A DNA stretch of 64,000 nt from Patescibacteria group bacterium (GCA_040386275.1 JAZKFU010000008.1:176219-240218), one strand, 5' to 3'; counted from the first letter of the stretch, positions 50,199 to 59,532 are shown. A program made the numbers and translations. The notes: generated by a model from the sequence alone, not told the origin.

Positions 50199-50621
50199 TT
50201 ACTTGGCAGTACTTTTGGCGAGTCGGCGTACTTCAGCGATTAATTCATTTAAATCAGTCATCGCTTTGATGCGGTAGGCGCTAGCACCGAGCTCAATGGC
50301 TTTTGATCGTTCATTATCGCCACTTTTATTAGAAAATATTATCACGGGTGTAGCCTTCACCTGTTCATCGGCTTTTAACTCAGCCAATACCTCAAACCCA
50401 TCTTTACCTGGTAGCATCAAGTCAAGTACAATAACTTGCGGGTCAAATTGTTTTGCTAAATCGAGAGCTTGTAATCCATCATTACTAAACATGTGCGGGC
50501 AATGACTATTAGAGAGCTTTACGGAAAGCATATTACGAAGTAGTGGATCATCTTCAACCACCAGTACGCGCACCACTGCTACGTCTTCAAATACTGGTGT
50601 CAAGGGTGCATAGATAGCCAT
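50199..50621 (-). CDS. single-domain response regulator
   Basis: VVEDD, LDLMLPGKDG, K. Confidence 0.92.
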   Translation of the reverse strand: MAIYAPLTPVFEDVAVVRVLVVEDDPLLRNMLSVKLSNSHCPHMFSNDGLQALDLAKQFDPQVIVLDLMLPGKDGFEVLAELKADEQVKATPVIIFSNKSGDNERSKAIELGASAYRIKAMTDLNELIAEVRRLAKSTAK

Positions 50622-50627
50622 AAAATA

Positions 50628-51035
50628 TTAGGTAAGGTTATTAGTAGTAGTAGACAGCGCTTCAACGATTTTAGCTATTACTTCATCCGGTGCAAAATTG
50701 GCTTTGATAATATAATCTCGAATCCCTAGTTTTTGGATTCTTTCAATTTCAATAGATTGACCAGAATTTGATATTACGATTACGGGTAATTGTGGCGTTA
50801 TCTGTTTACTGGCTAACACGTCGAGAATTTGATACCCCGTTAATCCGGGTAAATGGATATCGAGCAGTAATAAATCGGGCAACGTTTTTTCGATAGACGC
50901 CAAACACTCTTCTCCGTTTACAAAATGCGCGACAATTACTCCCTGCATTTCTAATTTTTGAATAATAACACTTGCCAAAAAGGTATCGTCTTCTGCAAGG
51001 TAAATGGTTTTATTTGTCAGGGTAAATTCATGCAT
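50628..51035 (-). CDS. single-domain response regulator
   Basis: AEDD, LDIHLPGLTG, YIIK. Confidence 0.92.
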   Translation of the reverse strand: MHEFTLTNKTIYLAEDDTFLASVIIQKLEMQGVIVAHFVNGEECLASIEKTLPDLLLLDIHLPGLTGYQILDVLASKQITPQLPVIVISNSGQSIEIERIQKLGIRDYIIKANFAPDEVIAKIVEALSTTTNNLT

Positions 51036-51060
51036 AGTAATATTGTATACCAAATACTGA

Positions 51061-51894
51061 CTATACGCTCCCGGTATGGTGCTTAAACGTTAGGGTAAAG
51101 GTGCTCCCCAGACCTTCACGGCTCTCAAATCGAACGGTACCACCAAGAGAATCCATGATTTTAGACACAATATATAAACCCAGTCCATAGCCGTCAGCAT
51201 CAACTTTTTTGGCATTTTCGGCCCGAGAAAACCGTTTGAAGATTTTATCTTCATGCGCAATCGGTATACCGATACCAGTATCTTCTACTGTGACAATAAC
51301 AGATTCATCAACTACCTTGACACGCACTGTTACGGTTCCACCGGCAAGGGTGTATTTAATGGCGTTATCAATAATATTTACAAGCACATCTTTTACTGAA
51401 GAAGCGTCGGCTAACACAATCGCAGGAGTCGGAGCAAGATCTACCAAGACACGAACGTTGTGTTCAGTGGCTTTATTGATAAATTCATCACACGACTCTT
51501 TAACGAGTACATTAATATTGATAGGCAGGGCGGGCTTGAGTTCGGTTTGTAGCTCCAAATGTTCAACTTCAAGGAGGTTATTAACGAGCTTTACTAAGCG
51601 TACAGTACTTTGCTGGGCCAACGAGACAACGTCTCGTTGCCTGGGATTAAGTTCACCCAAATCTCCATCGAGCAACATCTGTTGCGACCAACGTAAGGCC
51701 GAGAGTGGAGTTCTGATTTGGTGGGCAGCGATTGATATAAATTCTGATTTCTGGGTGTCGAGGGTTTCTAGTTTGATATTAGCCCGGCGTAACTGCAAAT
51801 CACGCTGTACTAAGAGACGGGCGCTTTTATCCATTGAATCAACAATCGCGTTTAAGCGATAGATTTCATTTTCTAATTCTTTTACCCTATCCAT
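51061..51894 (-). CDS. cytoplasmic histidine kinase (coiled coil, HisKA, HATPase)
   Basis: AHQIRTP, NAIKY, DTGIGI, GYGLGL; no TM. Confidence 0.93.
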   Translation of the reverse strand: MDRVKELENEIYRLNAIVDSMDKSARLLVQRDLQLRRANIKLETLDTQKSEFISIAAHQIRTPLSALRWSQQMLLDGDLGELNPRQRDVVSLAQQSTVRLVKLVNNLLEVEHLELQTELKPALPININVLVKESCDEFINKATEHNVRVLVDLAPTPAIVLADASSVKDVLVNIIDNAIKYTLAGGTVTVRVKVVDESVIVTVEDTGIGIPIAHEDKIFKRFSRAENAKKVDADGYGLGLYIVSKIMDSLGGTVRFESREGLGSTFTLTFKHHTGSV

Positions 51895-51912
51895 AGATTA
51901 CACAGCACTACG

Positions 51913-53115
51913 TTATTCTCCCAAAAGCGTTATTACGACGGTTTCATTATGTAGTTGAGGAGTACATTTATTAATGGAGTATGACGTACCATTAATTGGT
52001 GCTTGTTCAGCATACGTATAGAAGCCGATGATGGGAACGTCTTTTCCAATAACTGCTTGAATGGCTTGAATTTCCTCTCGGGCAGTTTCTTTATCCGCAA
52101 ACAGCGTATTACGTACGTGGCAACTAAAAATGAAAGCTACTTTAGGGGTCGTACCTAAATTTTCCAGCGCTGAGGTTGCGGCGCGGCTCGCTGCGGCTAT
52201 CGCATCTTCTTTTGACCCCACCATTAATTGTACTTGGGAACCTTCAAGCACTTCACCACCGCAGACAATAGAACCATCCTCAGTTACAGCAAACGGAGCG
52301 CGCAAAAGAAACTCCTCACTATGTGTATCTTTAATTCCAAGCGGGTAGGACAGAGCCACTTCTCCTAACATTACTTCTCGAAGATTGGAGATTTCCTGTA
52401 CACCTAAATACCGTTCATACAACGAGACGGCGGGCTTATGATTTATTTCATGAATGGTGGTGCCAACAGACTTCGTTATGATTTGTGGTGCGCCAACTAC
52501 ATTCCAGCCATGATTCACTCCTACAGAGTATTTAAAATTCCCCGAGAACCCCACCCCCACTACGGCATCAGTTTGAACTTCAGCACCAAAAAATTGATGG
52601 GTTTCCACTAATTTTCCATTATCACCAGCTGACCCTCCAACCACCGGGAAATTCTGACCAAGAACGGAAGTAACCCCCCGCAATACCGCTGAGCCGTTCC
52701 CTTTTAATCCGTCTGCAAACATCATGACGAGTTCGGGATTATGGGCTTGGAGTTGCGTGGCGAGAGCACTTCCCGCCGAAGTTGAGTCAGCTGTCAAATT
52801 CGGAGCGATAGCAGTGGTACAGGTAAGCGTATCGGAAGCAAGCACCATAATAGCTACGGAATCCCGCATAGTAGGGCCTGCTTTAGTAATTTCTCCGGCG
52901 GTTGAAGCGCCAACCACTTTCACCATATCGCCTACGACTGAGGTTACACCTTTAAGAACAGCCGTATGATCAAATGAACTTGAAGCAAACACAAACGCAA
53001 TATGTGCAGGCATTGCACTCTGAGCCAGTAGCTCTTGCAGGGCTTGATTCACCGCATTCACTCCCGCAACAAAACTATCCGCATCAGAACTCGTTCCAAT
53101 TCCAATTGATACCAT
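51913..53115 (-). CDS. FIST N/C domain protein
   Basis: GASTAGEI, GGSAGD, HGW, FSC..R, GFYTYAE, HNET. Confidence 0.92.
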   Translation of the reverse strand: MVSIGIGTSSDADSFVAGVNAVNQALQELLAQSAMPAHIAFVFASSSFDHTAVLKGVTSVVGDMVKVVGASTAGEITKAGPTMRDSVAIMVLASDTLTCTTAIAPNLTADSTSAGSALATQLQAHNPELVMMFADGLKGNGSAVLRGVTSVLGQNFPVVGGSAGDNGKLVETHQFFGAEVQTDAVVGVGFSGNFKYSVGVNHGWNVVGAPQIITKSVGTTIHEINHKPAVSLYERYLGVQEISNLREVMLGEVALSYPLGIKDTHSEEFLLRAPFAVTEDGSIVCGGEVLEGSQVQLMVGSKEDAIAAASRAATSALENLGTTPKVAFIFSCHVRNTLFADKETAREEIQAIQAVIGKDVPIIGFYTYAEQAPINGTSYSINKCTPQLHNETVVITLLGE

Positions 53116-53195
53116 AGGATTATATTACTTATTAATACCGTAAGTATAGCAAACAAAAACCCCCGCTCTGTGAGGAATCGGGGATTTATAGGTAA

Positions 53196-55337
53196 TTAAA
53201 ACAACCCTTTCTTCTTCTTGACTTTGATACCCGTGGACTGTTCTTCAAAAAAAGCAATTTCATCACGAATAATAGCTGCGGTTTCAAAATCGAGAATGGC
53301 TACCGCGTCTTCCATTTGCTGACGTTTTTCTTTAAGGACTTTAGCGGGGTTACGTTTAAAGAGTTCTACGTCGACCTTAAGCAAAGTTTCTACTGTTTCG
53401 TCGTGTTCGGTGCGCATCTGATCGGTAATTGATTTAATGTCTTTGGCGATAGTAGTCGGAGTAATGCCATGTTTGGTATTATGAGCAACTTGAATCGCGC
53501 GACGACGATTAGTTTCATTTATGGCGTACGTTAACGCATCAGTCATTTCATCCGCATACAGAATCACGCGACCCAACACGTTACGAGCAGCACGACCAAT
53601 CGTTTGAATTAACGCCGTCTCACTGCGAAGGAACCCAGCCTTATCAGCATCAAGAATCGCTACTAGCTCCACTTCCGGTAGGTCAAGCCCTTCACGCAGT
53701 AAGTTTACCCCCACTAAACAATCAAACTTCCCTTTACGAAAATCAGTTAAGATTTCGATTCGTTCAATAGTTTTAATATCACTGTGAATATACTTGGTGT
53801 TTATTTTCTTCTCCGTTAAAAATTCAGCCAAGTCTTCAGCCATTTTTTTTGTTAGCGTAGTTGTAAGCACTCGACCTCCGCCCGCTATGACCCGCTCTGC
53901 TTCGGCGATAAAGTCTTTAATCTGCCCTGGGTAGTCGCCAATTTGATTTACTTTCCGTAAATCAATTTCCGGATCAATTAACCCCGTTGGGCGAATAATT
54001 TGTTCAACCACAGCACCTTTTTCAAGACAAAGATTAAGGTCAAAACCTTTAATCCACTCTGACCGAATGGATTTAACTTCCCCGGCCTTTTGCACAGGCG
54101 GACAGGCCATAGGACAACATAGTTCGTATTCTAATCGTCCTGGAGTAGCTGAGGTGTAGATTCGTTGTCCTACGCGTTCATCAAATTCAGCGTATTTAAG
54201 CGGCCGGTTATCAACGGCCGACGGTAATCGAAAGCCGAATTCAACCAGCGTGTCTTTACGACTACGATCGCCCGCATACATACCATTTAATTGCGGCAAC
54301 GTTACGTGCGACTCATCAATAATGGTGAGAAAATCTGGTTTTCCTTCAGGTGTGTGAGGGAAATATGATAACAGCGTAAACGGTGCTTCGCCGGGTTTAC
54401 GACGATCAAAGTGTCGCGAATAATTTTCAATCCCGTTACAGTAACCAATCTCACGCATCATCGCTAAGTCGTGATTGGTGCGCCGACGCAACCGCTCTGA
54501 TTCAAGCAACTTGCCTTCTTTTTTAAATTTCTTTAATTGTTCATCGAGCTCAAGTTTTATATCTTCAATGGCAACTTTCCGCTCATCTTCTGGTGTCACA
54601 AAGTGTTTGGCTGGAAATAAGAAAAAGACTTCCGGTTCCTCAATAATGGCGCGACTAACACTATCAATTTTGGTAATTGATGAAATGACATTTCCTGAAA
54701 AGCCCAGACGATAAATCATCCGTTCGTTGGTGGGCATGATTTCAATGGTATTTCCGACCGCCCGGAAATGACCAGGCAATAAATCAGCGTTGGTTCGTTC
54801 AAAGTACATATCAATCAAGATACGCAGTAACTCCATCCGCGTCGTTTCAAACCCGCGTTTAATCTGTAAATGTTTCTTTAAATATTGGGCTGGCGAACCC
54901 AATCCATAAATACATGATACTGAAGCCACAATAATCACGTCTTTTCGCGTTAACAACGCTTGGGTTGACGCGTGCCGCAATCGGTCAATCTCTTCGTTTA
55001 CCTGCGATTCCTTTTCAATAAACGTGTCTGAGGTTGGCATGTACGCCTCTGGCTGGTAGTAGTCGTAATACGACACAAAGTAATGCACGGCATTATTAGG
55101 AAAAAAGTCCCGGTATTCTTGCGCGAGCTGAGCCGCCAGGGTTTTATTGTGAGCAATAACAAGCGTCGGTTTTTGAATCTGCTGAATCACATTCGCCCCG
55201 GTAAACGTCTTTCCTGACCCAGTAACACCTAAAAGTGTCTGGTGTTTTTGCCCAGCCCGTACCCCCGCCACCAACTGTTCAATCGCCTTAGGCTGATCCC
55301 CCGCTGGTGTTTTTTCCGTAGAAATCTCAAATTGCAT
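53196..55337 (-). CDS. uvrB: excinuclease ABC subunit B
   Basis: GVTGSGKT, YYDYYQPEAY, DESH, QTIGRAARN. Confidence 0.98.
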   Translation of the reverse strand: MQFEISTEKTPAGDQPKAIEQLVAGVRAGQKHQTLLGVTGSGKTFTGANVIQQIQKPTLVIAHNKTLAAQLAQEYRDFFPNNAVHYFVSYYDYYQPEAYMPTSDTFIEKESQVNEEIDRLRHASTQALLTRKDVIIVASVSCIYGLGSPAQYLKKHLQIKRGFETTRMELLRILIDMYFERTNADLLPGHFRAVGNTIEIMPTNERMIYRLGFSGNVISSITKIDSVSRAIIEEPEVFFLFPAKHFVTPEDERKVAIEDIKLELDEQLKKFKKEGKLLESERLRRRTNHDLAMMREIGYCNGIENYSRHFDRRKPGEAPFTLLSYFPHTPEGKPDFLTIIDESHVTLPQLNGMYAGDRSRKDTLVEFGFRLPSAVDNRPLKYAEFDERVGQRIYTSATPGRLEYELCCPMACPPVQKAGEVKSIRSEWIKGFDLNLCLEKGAVVEQIIRPTGLIDPEIDLRKVNQIGDYPGQIKDFIAEAERVIAGGGRVLTTTLTKKMAEDLAEFLTEKKINTKYIHSDIKTIERIEILTDFRKGKFDCLVGVNLLREGLDLPEVELVAILDADKAGFLRSETALIQTIGRAARNVLGRVILYADEMTDALTYAINETNRRRAIQVAHNTKHGITPTTIAKDIKSITDQMRTEHDETVETLLKVDVELFKRNPAKVLKEKRQQMEDAVAILDFETAAIIRDEIAFFEEQSTGIKVKKKKGLF

Positions 55338-55400
55338 GACTATCCAGTATACCCCGCCCCCCATAATATAAAAAGCCACCCCACCCCCGCCACCATTTCA

Positions 55401-55462
55401 CACAAGTACGAGGTTAAACCTCGTACTTGTGCACTCTAAGTCCGAGGTTTAACCTCGAACTT
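55401..55462. repeat. two REP palindromes upstream of the RAYT
   Basis: CACAAGTACGAGGTT-A-AACCTCGTACTTGTG (55401-55431) and AAGTCCGAGG-TTTAA-CCTCGAACTT (55438-55462). Confidence 0.88.
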
Positions 55463-55486
55463 GTTGTATCCTTAATTTAAATATCT

Positions 55487-56080
55487 ATGGGAAATAGATT
55501 ATTTACTTTTTCAAGTAATGAAATCTACCACTGTTATAATCGCGGTGTAGATAAACGTACTATATTTGAGGACCAGCAAGATTTTATATATTTTTTAAAA
55601 CTTTTAAGAAATTTTAATACCTCAAAAGTATATGGAAATTTAAGATTATCTCTCAATAAAGAGCCCATAAATCCTCCAGTAACAATACTTACGTATTGCT
55701 TACTTCCAAATCACTTCCATATAGTAATACGTAATAATAGTGACGAGGGAGGATTATCAAAATATATTCAACGAGTTGTAGGCGGTTACACGATGTATTT
55801 TAATCAAAAACATAAAAGAAGTGGTGCTTTGTTTCAAGGAACGTTTAAAGCAAAACATATTGAAACAGATTTGTATTTACGTCATATTTTAGCCTACGTA
55901 CGGTATAACAATATTGTTCACGATGTAGAAGACAAAAATTTGTACCGGAGCTCATTAAATACAAAAGACGACTTAGTACGAGGTTTAACCACAGACCTAG
56001 GAGAAGAAAATATGTTGGAAGTAGTTAAAATTATAAAAGAAATCAGAAGTACGAGGTTAAACCTCGTACTTGAGGAGTAA
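55487..56080 (+). mobile_element. REP-associated tyrosine transposase (RAYT / Y1 HUH)
   Basis: YHCYNRG, YCLLPNHFH (HUH), GALFQG.FK, catalytic Y in AYVRYN; REPs on both sides. Confidence 0.9.
56047..56071. repeat. REP palindrome within the RAYT 3' end (degenerate copy also at 55974-55998)
   Basis: AAGTACGAGG-TTAAA-CCTCGTACTT, identical to the core of the first upstream REP. Confidence 0.88.
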
Positions 56081-56121
56081 ATATAAAAATTGACGATGGG
56101 GCGCTTATGCCCCATCGTCTT

Positions 56122-56394
56122 TTATTTTGCTTTTGTCCAGCCATATGACTGCAACACTAGACTGAACCGCACTTCTTTTTCTGAAGTTGGAGCTTCTGAA
56201 CTGTGCTCCATCCGTACGTTGATGAGACCGGTAAAAGGATCTGCGATTACTCCTACCACCTTGTGCGGTAACTCATAATCGGCTTCTTTGGGAAGAATCG
56301 CGACACGTGTACCCAATTCAGGGGGAACGATGAATTTTGACGTAAGTAATAGGTCTTCACCCGCAACCGTCATACGAAGAACAACAGTGTTCAT
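56122..56394 (-). CDS. hypothetical protein (SD-led)
   Basis: AGGAGG SD; terminator 56092-56123. Confidence 0.6.
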   Translation of the reverse strand: MNTVVLRMTVAGEDLLLTSKFIVPPELGTRVAILPKEADYELPHKVVGVIADPFTGLINVRMEHSSEAPTSEKEVRFSLVLQSYGWTKAK

Positions 56395-56439
56395 GGAATT
56401 TCTCCTCCTACTATTTAATTCCTAAGGTACAGGAATTTG

Positions 56440-57681
56440 TTATTTTTGCAACAATTGGTCACGCAAATTCTTTGTGAAGTTGACGATGAAATTTAGGTTG
56501 TGGATGGAGGCTAGGTGGGGGCCGAGGATTTCGCCAGCGCGGAACAAGTGGGCTACGTAGGCTTTAGTGTAGGTTTGAGCGACGTGGCCGGTTGAGAGTG
56601 GATCAAGGACGGAATGATCGGTTTTATATTTGGCGTTTAAGAGACTAATTTTTTTAGTTACCGGATAGGTAAAGGTACCACACGGAGTAGTTTTCATTTC
56701 ACCGGTTAGTACATAAATTGTTCCCGTGCGACCAATACGAGTGGGAGCGACACAATCAAAGGTGTCACAGCCCATCAGGATGCCTTGGACGATGTCTTCT
56801 GGCTCACCAATACCGAGCAAGTGACGTGGTTTGTCTTCAGGGAGGATTTCGTTAACAACCCGGAGACTATCTCCCAAATCATCTTTAGAAAAGCTACCAC
56901 CAATACCAAAGCCATCAAAGTCCATATCAGATAATGCCCGGGCTGACTCTTGTCGCAAATCTAAAAATTGACCACCTTGAATCACACCATAGAGACCTTG
57001 CTTCTTTAAGGCTTCATAATTATTTTTATGCGCCATAATACTGCGTTTAGCCCAACGATGCGTACGGTCCATTGCTTCTTTTTGGTAGTCACGGTCGGCT
57101 GTAGGGCTGGTACATTCATCAAAGGCAATAATGATGTCAGCCCCAATAGCATGCTGGATATCAATCGAACGTTCAGCAGTAAAGCGATGCATTGAACCAT
57201 CAAGATGTGATGTGAAGGTTACGCCTTCTTCATCGATAATACAAAGCTTGCCGTGATCTTCGGCCACTTTAAGGGAATAGACATTGAGTCCGTGTTTTTC
57301 TACCGCATCACTGACATCGCCCTGCGCAAACTTAGTAACCCCTTTGCCAAAAGCAGCTCCTAAACTAAACACCTGAAAGCCACCGGAATCGGTCATAGTG
57401 GGCATCTGCCAATTGGCGAATTGATGTAATCCACCCGCTTCTTTAATTACATCGTGACCAGGCTGAAGGAATAAGTGGTAGGTATTGGCGAGGGTAACTT
57501 GATTGCCAACGTACTGTTTTAAATCTTCCGGCATCAGACTTTTAACACTTGCTTTGGTTCCCACCACCACAAATGCTGGCGTTTGAATGTCACCATGGAG
57601 CGTCGAAATCACTCCCGCGCGCGCGAGGTTCCCTTTCCCTTTTGCCTCAATCTTAAACGTAACCGGTTTTGTAATAGCCAT
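56440..57681 (-). CDS. tgt: tRNA-guanine transglycosylase
   Basis: TPAFVVVGT, ANTYHL, TDSGGFQVFSL, QGG, HLLGIG, TFDCVAPTR. Confidence 0.95.
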   Translation of the reverse strand: MAITKPVTFKIEAKGKGNLARAGVISTLHGDIQTPAFVVVGTKASVKSLMPEDLKQYVGNQVTLANTYHLFLQPGHDVIKEAGGLHQFANWQMPTMTDSGGFQVFSLGAAFGKGVTKFAQGDVSDAVEKHGLNVYSLKVAEDHGKLCIIDEEGVTFTSHLDGSMHRFTAERSIDIQHAIGADIIIAFDECTSPTADRDYQKEAMDRTHRWAKRSIMAHKNNYEALKKQGLYGVIQGGQFLDLRQESARALSDMDFDGFGIGGSFSKDDLGDSLRVVNEILPEDKPRHLLGIGEPEDIVQGILMGCDTFDCVAPTRIGRTGTIYVLTGEMKTTPCGTFTYPVTKKISLLNAKYKTDHSVLDPLSTGHVAQTYTKAYVAHLFRAGEILGPHLASIHNLNFIVNFTKNLRDQLLQK

Positions 57682-57760
57682 AAACCCCGATACTATACAC
57701 GAAAACCAAAACAAAAACACAAACCAAATGTTTGTGTTTTTGCCTCTAATCTATTAACTC

Positions 57761-57885
57761 TAAAATTGTTTAAATTATTCGAGATGCGCGAAGGACAAGT
57801 AAATCATCGTGAGCCGTACTTCTTGTACGGTGAATGAGGATTTGCGCTGGCCGACAAAGCAGATTGGATGATTTTAACTATTTTA
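57761..57885 (+). repeat. ERIC-like element, copy G
   Basis: 22-bp outer stem with 3 G:T pairs; core GAG-CCGTAC-TTCTT-GTACGG-TGA at 57811-57833. Confidence 0.85.
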
Positions 57886-58411
57886 CTTCTAGTAACTCGA
57901 TTGAGAATACTAGAGTAGCCTTACCCGGGATTGGACCATAGCCATTGTCTCCATACGCCAAATCTGATGGAATCACCAAAATTCGCTTACCACCTACTTT
58001 CATACCAACTACTCCCTCTTCCCAGCCTTTAATCACACGTCCTTCCCCTAGCGTGAATTCAAACGGTTCACCTCGTTTGTTTGAATTATCAAATTCTTGT
58101 CCGTTGGGTAACGTACCGATGTAATGTACCGATACTGTATCTCCGATTTTTGCTTCAGCTCCACCACCAATCACCACGTCATCGATAATTAATTTTTCCA
58201 CAGTACCATTTTGATTAGTGCCTTCGAGTAATGCATTTCGTAACTCCGTGTTTTGGTCAGCTCCGTCCCCTACCGTCACCACCGCACTTGCTACCTGAGA
58301 ATTCGTATCGTTTACTGCAATAGCCGAAGTCTCGAGATTGATAAGATACAAGGCAAGAGCCATAGACATGATACTCGCTCCAATACCTAGTAATTCAAAT
58401 TTATTAAACAT
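57878..58411 (-). CDS. FKBP-type peptidyl-prolyl isomerase
   Basis: VHYIGTL..G.EFD, VIKGWEEG, IPSDLAYG. Confidence 0.95.
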   Translation of the reverse strand: MFNKFELLGIGASIMSMALALYLINLETSAIAVNDTNSQVASAVVTVGDGADQNTELRNALLEGTNQNGTVEKLIIDDVVIGGGAEAKIGDTVSVHYIGTLPNGQEFDNSNKRGEPFEFTLGEGRVIKGWEEGVVGMKVGGKRILVIPSDLAYGDNGYGPIPGKATLVFSIELLEVK

Positions 58412-58443
58412 ATACCATTAATTTACTGAGTCATCATACCGTT

Positions 58444-59532
58444 TTATGGGTAAGTTGCAAGAGAAAATGGCAGAATAAGCTTGCCAGACTTGATATTTTC
58501 CTTATAGAGCGGGTTACTGCGTCTCGCGAGGTTTGCCAAAAAGAGCGCGCGTTCTGCCTCAGCCATTAGTGCTGGCTGGGAATGACTATTTTCACTTGAG
58601 ACGGGGACTAACTCATACTGAACACTCTCTGCAAGAAAGGAAAGTTTTACGACTAACCCTTGCTCAACATCAACAGAAAAATACTGATCAAATATAAAAT
58701 TTCCGAGTGAATAAAAAATTGGCGCGCCATTATAAACATCAATATCCTGCACGACATGTGGATGATGCCCAATAATTGCGTCAGCTCCGGCATCAATAAA
58801 TTGCCGAGCATACGATTCTTGCGTAGCGGAATGTTTTAGCATGTACTCCTCCCCCCAGTGAATATAGACCACTTGAAAATCAGTAGTGCTCGCGAGCGCT
58901 TGGAGACTGATTGTAATTTGTTCAGGGGTTATGGGGGTAAACACGCGGTTAAGAGCCAGCACGCCGATAGTGACAGTGCCGTTGGGGATGATGACCGTCG
59001 ACAAGCCATCAACTACTGACGGATGTCCAAATGGAGTAATACCCGCTAACTCAAGTGATTGGCGAGTAAACGAAAATGTCGTGCTCCCGTAATCAAACGA
59101 ATGATTATTTGCTAGAGACATATGAGTAAAGTCAGCTTGGGACAAAGTGGGTAGCAAGTTTTTATCAACTGAAAACGTAGTTACGTATGATGGGGTTTGT
59201 CTATGCTGCTCCAATATTGCTGATTCAAAATTGCCAATCACCGCAACATTATCAGCCCCTAGTAACTCTGGTACATTTTTAAAAGGATACCCAACCCCTC
59301 TAGTTTTCATTAAAAATTCTACATTGCGCGCTAACAGCACATCACCGACAAAGGTGAGCGGTTTGAGAGTAACTAACTCATCTGGTTTTTCGGCCGCATC
59401 AGTAGTAATTACGCCCACTGAACTACTCGGGATAGTGATGGTAGACCAGTGCTCAAATTGAATAAATACAATGTATAGAATTAGTGGGAGCACCACTAAA
59501 AAGAATGGCAATATCGCTAACTTATTTCTCAT
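58444..59532 (-). CDS. CapA/PGA_cap family metallophosphatase-fold protein
   Basis: GDVLL, GNFE, SLANNHSFDYG, HWGEEY, GHHPHV, YSLGNFIFDQ. Confidence 0.92.
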   Translation of the reverse strand: MRNKLAILPFFLVVLPLILYIVFIQFEHWSTITIPSSSVGVITTDAAEKPDELVTLKPLTFVGDVLLARNVEFLMKTRGVGYPFKNVPELLGADNVAVIGNFESAILEQHRQTPSYVTTFSVDKNLLPTLSQADFTHMSLANNHSFDYGSTTFSFTRQSLELAGITPFGHPSVVDGLSTVIIPNGTVTIGVLALNRVFTPITPEQITISLQALASTTDFQVVYIHWGEEYMLKHSATQESYARQFIDAGADAIIGHHPHVVQDIDVYNGAPIFYSLGNFIFDQYFSVDVEQGLVVKLSFLAESVQYELVPVSSENSHSQPALMAEAERALFLANLARRSNPLYKENIKSGKLILPFSLATYP

